Shown in pieces: positions 59,734 through 64,000 of a stretch of DNA of 64,000 bases. Under the pieces are notes generated by a model. It was given only the letters and a program-made list of their open reading frames with translations. It was not told the DNA's origin and did not search any database. The position numbers and the translations under genes were made by a program. The stretch is from Caldisericia bacterium (lineage in GTDB: Bacteria > Caldisericota > Caldisericia > JAAYUI01), in contig OY771555.1 of NCBI GenBank assembly GCA_963674785.1, forward strand, positions 144,851 to 208,850. The letters are read 5' to 3'. The stretch's first letter is position 1. Every line of letters starts with the position of its first letter.

Positions 59734-60084
59734 TTAATCCTCCTTTTTATTTCTTTTTCTTCTACCAAGCATGCTTCCCACAAATCTCATGCCATCAACG
59801 ATTGACCCGAGACTTGAGATAACCGTACCAATCAATAGTACAGACTTATTAACCACAGGTTCAGCCTCAGTAACAATTGAATTAACTTTTGGCATGATCT
59901 CCGTGTTTACCGTTTTTGTCATTTTTTCGGCCTCGGATAGCGTTCTTTTTACTTGAAGTAACATTGGTACAAGGTAAAGAACAACAACCAATGCACAAAC
60001 TCCCAGAAGACCGATAAGAATCCACATCGCCGTTATTTGAACGTTCAATCTTTCAATAAGCGTCGAAACTTGCCCTTGAGTCAT
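59734..60084 (-). CDS. DUF948 (YtxG-like) membrane protein
   Basis: Start set at MTQGQVSTLIERL, preceded by GAGGTGGG; single TM helix plus coiled coil; paired with the YtxH-like gene as in Firmicutes. Confidence 0.7.
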   Translation of the reverse strand: MTQGQVSTLIERLNVQITAMWILIGLLGVCALVVVLYLVPMLLQVKRTLSEAEKMTKTVNTEIMPKVNSIVTEAEPVVNKSVLLIGTVISSLGSIVDGMRFVGSMLGRRKRNKKED

Positions 60085-60131
60085 TTTTACCCACCTCACA
60101 TTTCATTGCCCCACAAATGCCGTGATAGCCG

Positions 60132-60303
60132 GGGGTTTCTGCACCCCTCATCAAGTGGGTCGCAACTTTCATAAGGCTTATGAACCAGATCTTTACAGGC
60201 ACAGTCGCCTCAAGGCTTCGCAACCCTTCCATTTACGTTAGGCAGAAAACGTAGCGTATGCACGAACACAGCAGGGCATATGAATATTCTAGCACAAACC
60301 CCA
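60132..60303. ncRNA. Candidate structured RNA (GC-rich intergenic element, identity unknown)
   Basis: About 170 nt at roughly 50% GC in an AT-rich genome; termini GGGGGUUUCUGC (60132-60142) and GCACAAACCCC (60293-60303) can pair (10 of 11 bp). No SRP, tmRNA, RNase P or tRNA motifs found. Confidence 0.25.
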
Positions 60304-60327
60304 GTAAGTTCAAGCTTGATGAGCTAG

Positions 60328-60858
60328 TTATGAGAAAAATATGTTGATGATAAATCTTATAAGACCGAGAGCAAACATCGTAAGTAGTATTGCCATCAAC
60401 CATTCTGAGATTTTCCCCCATGGGAGAATTCTTGTCTGCCCGGTTGCTGCAGGGAGTCTTTTTGGTAAGTCAATTGTCAAACTTTCGCCATTTTCTATTC
60501 TTTCGATTGGAAAAGAGATCGATGGTGAATTGCCCCATTTTGTGTATAGGTTTATCTCCCAACCTGAAAGCTTTCCACAATCAACAAGTTCGAGAAGGGT
60601 GACCTCATTGCTATTAATATTTCCATTGCTTGAAACAATCTCAGTATCAGAAAAAACCGAAAAAATATGCGGTCGGGGTAGCAGTGTGGTTAAAGGATAT
60701 ATCACTGAGATAGACACAATCAAAAGGGCAGCCAACAGGGTGCTGTTTATTGTTCCTAGTGGTAACCAAAGAAGAACAATTGATGGAGAGAGGGTTAGAA
60801 ACCACACCCAAAAAGATGACATTCCAGACTTCGTTTTTATTGCTTTCATAACATCCAC
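60328..60858 (-). CDS. Hypothetical membrane protein
   Basis: 176 aa, several hydrophobic segments; no recognised motif. Confidence 0.55.
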   Translation of the reverse strand: MDVMKAIKTKSGMSSFWVWFLTLSPSIVLLWLPLGTINSTLLAALLIVSISVIYPLTTLLPRPHIFSVFSDTEIVSSNGNINSNEVTLLELVDCGKLSGWEINLYTKWGNSPSISFPIERIENGESLTIDLPKRLPAATGQTRILPWGKISEWLMAILLTMFALGLIRFIINIFFS

Positions 60859-60861
60859 CTA

Positions 60862-61455
60862 CTAAAACAACTTCCAAAAAAACAAAACTGCGAGAGCAAC
60901 AACCGATACAATCAGCCCCCAATCAACCATGTGATAACCAGCATATTGCTCAGTAAAAGTCGCATTTGGAATCGCAACTTTTATATCTTCGATCAATTCA
61001 TCAGGTTTTTGAAGCTCATCCAGGGCGATAGATCCAAACAACCTGAGATCTGAACCAGTAAATATTTGAAGCTCTCTTCCAAACTTGCTTGACCTTTTGA
61101 CAAGCACAATTCGAACAACATCTTCAAGCTGGACTACTTTCGCAGTAACCTGCAGAAACGTGTCGGAAAGGTAAACCCTTACGATCCCAGTTCTGAAGAA
61201 AAGCCTGGAAAGCCATGCCACAAAAATTGCCAGTCCAATAGTCCCGATTACGTATACCCATCCAATATTCAATTTATAAAACTCCACAGGCAACAACATA
61301 GAAAACACTGCCGCATAGACAATAACTGAATAATAAAAATTGATCGGATGACCTGAACTCAACGTATAATACTTTTTTATCTTCTCTTCTTCCACGCTCT
61401 GGATTATATGACTTGACCAAGCATAAGACAAGTTAGTAAAATGAAGCAAGTGCAA
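60862..61455 (-). CDS. Hypothetical membrane protein
   Basis: 197 aa with two N-terminal TM helices; no recognised motif. Confidence 0.55.
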   Translation of the reverse strand: MHLLHFTNLSYAWSSHIIQSVEEEKIKKYYTLSSGHPINFYYSVIVYAAVFSMLLPVEFYKLNIGWVYVIGTIGLAIFVAWLSRLFFRTGIVRVYLSDTFLQVTAKVVQLEDVVRIVLVKRSSKFGRELQIFTGSDLRLFGSIALDELQKPDELIEDIKVAIPNATFTEQYAGYHMVDWGLIVSVVALAVLFFWKLF

Positions 61456-63669
61456 TACTCGCTGTATGAAAAGAAGAGAACCAAGATTCCGTCACCGAGA
61501 AATGACGAAAAACTCAAAGCGCTAAGGAAATACTTTTTTGTTTCATTCTCTATTCTAATCCTCATTGTATCGGTGTTTTTAATAATTCAAATATGGCCAA
61601 AAAAACCAGAAATAAAACTGATACTTGGTACAGAAGGCGAGGTAGTTTTTGATGGGAAAAGCATCGGAATTGGAACAGAATTCACCCTCAGAAAACTCGA
61701 AAAAGGACTTCACACGATTGTTGCAAAGTCAACAGAAAAAATTCCTTTTTTACTTGAAGAAGTCGAAGAAATAAATATCCAACCTGGGGTTAAGACTGAA
61801 CTTAAGATGCTTTCTGTTTGTGAACTGAGCATCAACAGCAATCCTCCAGGCGCAAGGGTAATGATCAGCTCAATAGATGGTGAATTGAATCTTGGAAAAA
61901 CTCCGATCGACACAAAAATCCAATCCGGTCATTTTGAAGTTACTGTCAGGCTTCCTGGTTATCCAGAGTACAGAAAATCCATATTGACCGTTGATCTTGA
62001 ACCTATCGACTTGAATATTGACTTAGAGCAACAAGCACTTTCAGAACCAGGTGCAAAAAGACTCATCAACAATCTTACAATCAAATCGATGATGCATGGG
62101 TCAAGCTTCATAATCAATGGAAAAAATTATACTTCACCTGGATCATTTGCAATTGACCCTGGAATTCATGAAACCACCTTGATATATGGGAAAAATGAGA
62201 TATTCAAAACTGAAGTGGTATTCCCATCCGTAGGGAAACCAGTAGTTTTGTCTTGTCCAGCAAATATAACAAATCCATCCATCCATTTCTCAGGTAATCT
62301 TCATGTCATCCCTCAGGATGCAAGAGACATATCGATATCAAATGATGATAAATTTCTTTTTTACTCAACACCAACAAGATATATCTACGAGACGGTTAAA
62401 TCAGTTGATCTTGAAACTGGAGAAACAAGATGGGTCGTTGATGTTGATTCCGCATGGGAAAACCGACCAATCATAATTGGTGGATGCAGCAACACCAGCG
62501 TATACGGGATGGCTGGAGTCCCTCCAAAATTCTCGGCCTCTCCATTTGCAATCGACATAAGACACGGAGTTGAAAATCAGAGATTCTACAGTGAAAACTC
62601 TGCTCTTCCATTATCAGAAAAACCTATTGACCATTTGTCAACACCCACTTATGCAGGAGTTTGGAGTGGTTATTACAAAACCAGCAAAGAGGTTACAGGG
62701 TTAGAGGTTCTAATTAAGTCTCAAAACGAGGACGAGAGATTTTTGAAAATACTTGATAAAGGATGGGATGCAAAATATCTGGGGTACTCAGAATCCGCAA
62801 AGGATAACTCAAAACCAATTTTCATATTTCACGTGTGGAAGGGAAACATAAACAGGCTCCTGATACTTGACCCCGAAAAAAAATTGTCGGACATCGAATT
62901 GGATAAGAACCCTAAGGAGAAAAATCCTGAATGGGTAACAATTGGTATATCAATCCAACCTGACTTCCTCGTTTCAGATTCGCACAAAATCCCTGCGAAA
63001 CATTTTCTGATATGTGATAGCAAAAACACATATGCAATCACTTATCCAAGTGGAAAGGTAAAATGGAAAAGATATTTCAATATCCCAACAACAGAAAAAC
63101 CGGAATTTAAGATTATCAAGGACAAACCGGTAGTTCTATACACATTCGATGTAAACCCATTTGAAGTCCAGCTTGACGTGAAAACTGGAAAAGAGGTAGA
63201 TCGAAGAGAAAACCCAATCACTCCTCAAGAGTTTTTCAATCCAGATTCTAATATGATGGGCATTTTTCTTAAGGAAGATAAATTATTTTCAGGGGTTTAC
63301 GAAGACCCTCAGGGTGGTTTTAGCTATAGATGGGAAAAAAAGGTCGAAAATGGACTAGCATTTTTAACTGAATGTGGTGGCATAACAATTTCTAGAGGCA
63401 CCTTCACAGTTCTTGCGAGCCATGGGTTAGAAGAGATTTTATCTTTTAATGTCCCAGGATTTGATCCAACCCTCCCATTTGACTATATCTCAACTCCAAA
63501 CCATATTGCTCTACATAGTAACAATAAATGCTGGGTCATTAACCAAGATGGTCTAATTGTTGGATTTTATCAAGACATTTCAAAAATTGAGAAAGCTAAT
63601 GACTCGTCAACTTATGCATTTTTAGCGGTTTCTAAAAATCAAAAACTCATAATCCCCTGGTCGAACTAG
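61441..63669 (+). CDS. PEGA domain-containing membrane-anchored protein
   Basis: 742 aa; N-terminal TM anchor; PEGA-like segment NSNPPGARVMISSIDGELNLGKTPIDTKIQSGHFEVTVRLPGYPEY; large beta-rich C-terminal region. Confidence 0.7.
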   Translation: MKQVQYSLYEKKRTKIPSPRNDEKLKALRKYFFVSFSILILIVSVFLIIQIWPKKPEIKLILGTEGEVVFDGKSIGIGTEFTLRKLEKGLHTIVAKSTEKIPFLLEEVEEINIQPGVKTELKMLSVCELSINSNPPGARVMISSIDGELNLGKTPIDTKIQSGHFEVTVRLPGYPEYRKSILTVDLEPIDLNIDLEQQALSEPGAKRLINNLTIKSMMHGSSFIINGKNYTSPGSFAIDPGIHETTLIYGKNEIFKTEVVFPSVGKPVVLSCPANITNPSIHFSGNLHVIPQDARDISISNDDKFLFYSTPTRYIYETVKSVDLETGETRWVVDVDSAWENRPIIIGGCSNTSVYGMAGVPPKFSASPFAIDIRHGVENQRFYSENSALPLSEKPIDHLSTPTYAGVWSGYYKTSKEVTGLEVLIKSQNEDERFLKILDKGWDAKYLGYSESAKDNSKPIFIFHVWKGNINRLLILDPEKKLSDIELDKNPKEKNPEWVTIGISIQPDFLVSDSHKIPAKHFLICDSKNTYAITYPSGKVKWKRYFNIPTTEKPEFKIIKDKPVVLYTFDVNPFEVQLDVKTGKEVDRRENPITPQEFFNPDSNMMGIFLKEDKLFSGVYEDPQGGFSYRWEKKVENGLAFLTECGGITISRGTFTVLASHGLEEILSFNVPGFDPTLPFDYISTPNHIALHSNNKCWVINQDGLIVGFYQDISKIEKANDSSTYAFLAVSKNQKLIIPWSN

Positions 63670-63744
63670 AAACAACTCAAAGAAGCAACATCTGAAAAGG
63701 GTTTACCAACCAATGAACACTACAACAAAACACTGTGAAAACAA

Positions 63745-63890
63745 GTTCAGCCGGGCGTGGGAGGGTCACCCGGCTGGGAGCATCCCCCTTTCAGGGGATT
63801 TTGGGAGGTGGGATCTGGGGTAGATCCCTTCACGGACCTGGGGAAATCCGCGTAGCACCAAGCTACCACACCACTGTATGTTTTCGATTA
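63745..63890 (+). ncRNA. Candidate structured RNA (GC-rich multi-hairpin element, identity unknown)
   Basis: About 145 nt at roughly 60% GC with five consecutive hairpins (AGCCGGG/CCCGGCU; AUCCCC/GGGGAU; GGGAUCU/AGAUCCC; CGGA/UCCG; GUAGC/GCUAC). Strand not determined. Confidence 0.25.
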
Positions 63891-64000
63891 AAAAAAAGTT
63901 GTATCTCGTGTGTATATAACTGATTATTCCATTGTTTCTCAAAACCTGCAATGGTAATTTTGATTAAGATTACTTGTTCAGAAATAACTCGGGCATTAAC

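Noticed and set aside
60100-60327. Assignment of the GC-rich element as SRP RNA, tmRNA, RNase P RNA or a tRNA
   Set aside because: Diagnostic motifs (SRP domain IV GGAA/AGCAGC, tmRNA tRNA-like 3' end, RNase P P4 GAAAGUCCGG, tRNA T-loop GTTCGA) are absent on both strands; kept only as an unclassified candidate.
63745-63890. tRNA-Sec (selC) or 5S rRNA at the window end
   Set aside because: A CUUCACG loop contains UCA but the flanking arms do not form a tRNA cloverleaf, and 5S motifs (CCGAAC, GUGAAAC, GAGAGUAGG) are missing.

Overview
AT-rich (~40% GC by eye) bacterial chromosomal window with Firmicutes/Clostridia-like gene order, dense coding on both strands. Positions 1-11197 are one long minus-strand block: an A/V-type ATP synthase operon (partial F, then C, E, K, I, G/H), yraN, a NERD-domain membrane protein, rnhB, and the rpsP-KH-ylqD-trmD-rplS ribosomal cluster, into which five intact signal peptidase I paralogs and a SPOUT-like gene are embedded. 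The remainder encodes many secreted or membrane-anchored proteins (PQQ-type beta-propellers, copper-amine-oxidase N-terminal 'stalk' domains, PEGA, DUF5666-like repeats), a TetR / tRNA-Val / membrane pyrophosphatase / divergent PFK / 1205-aa Ser/Thr kinase-NTPase-TPR block, a lipoprotein-dependent ABC transporter translationally coupled to selD, an FNT channel, a stand-alone 16S rRNA gene, and a feoAB locus with two Cys-rich FeoC-like paralogs. The strongest single observation is that selD carries an in-frame UGA aligned with the catalytic Cys of selenophosphate synthetase, so the organism decodes selenocysteine; the ORF track reports only the C-terminal 248 codons. The best candidate for an undescribed system is the ABC transporter (binding protein with an HHPCCMVC motif) fused in an operon with selD behind a structured leader, a possible selenium-compound uptake module; this is inference, not demonstrated. 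Other items worth a second look are the signal-peptidase expansion, rnhB with no canonical start, a 16S with compensated changes at near-universal positions, a decayed IS1595-family remnant, a split zincin peptidase, and two GC-rich structured intergenic elements. No CRISPR array or intact mobile element was found. ORF-track starts use GTG/TTG freely and are often too far upstream; hand-counted coordinates for non-ORF features may be off by 1-2 nt.
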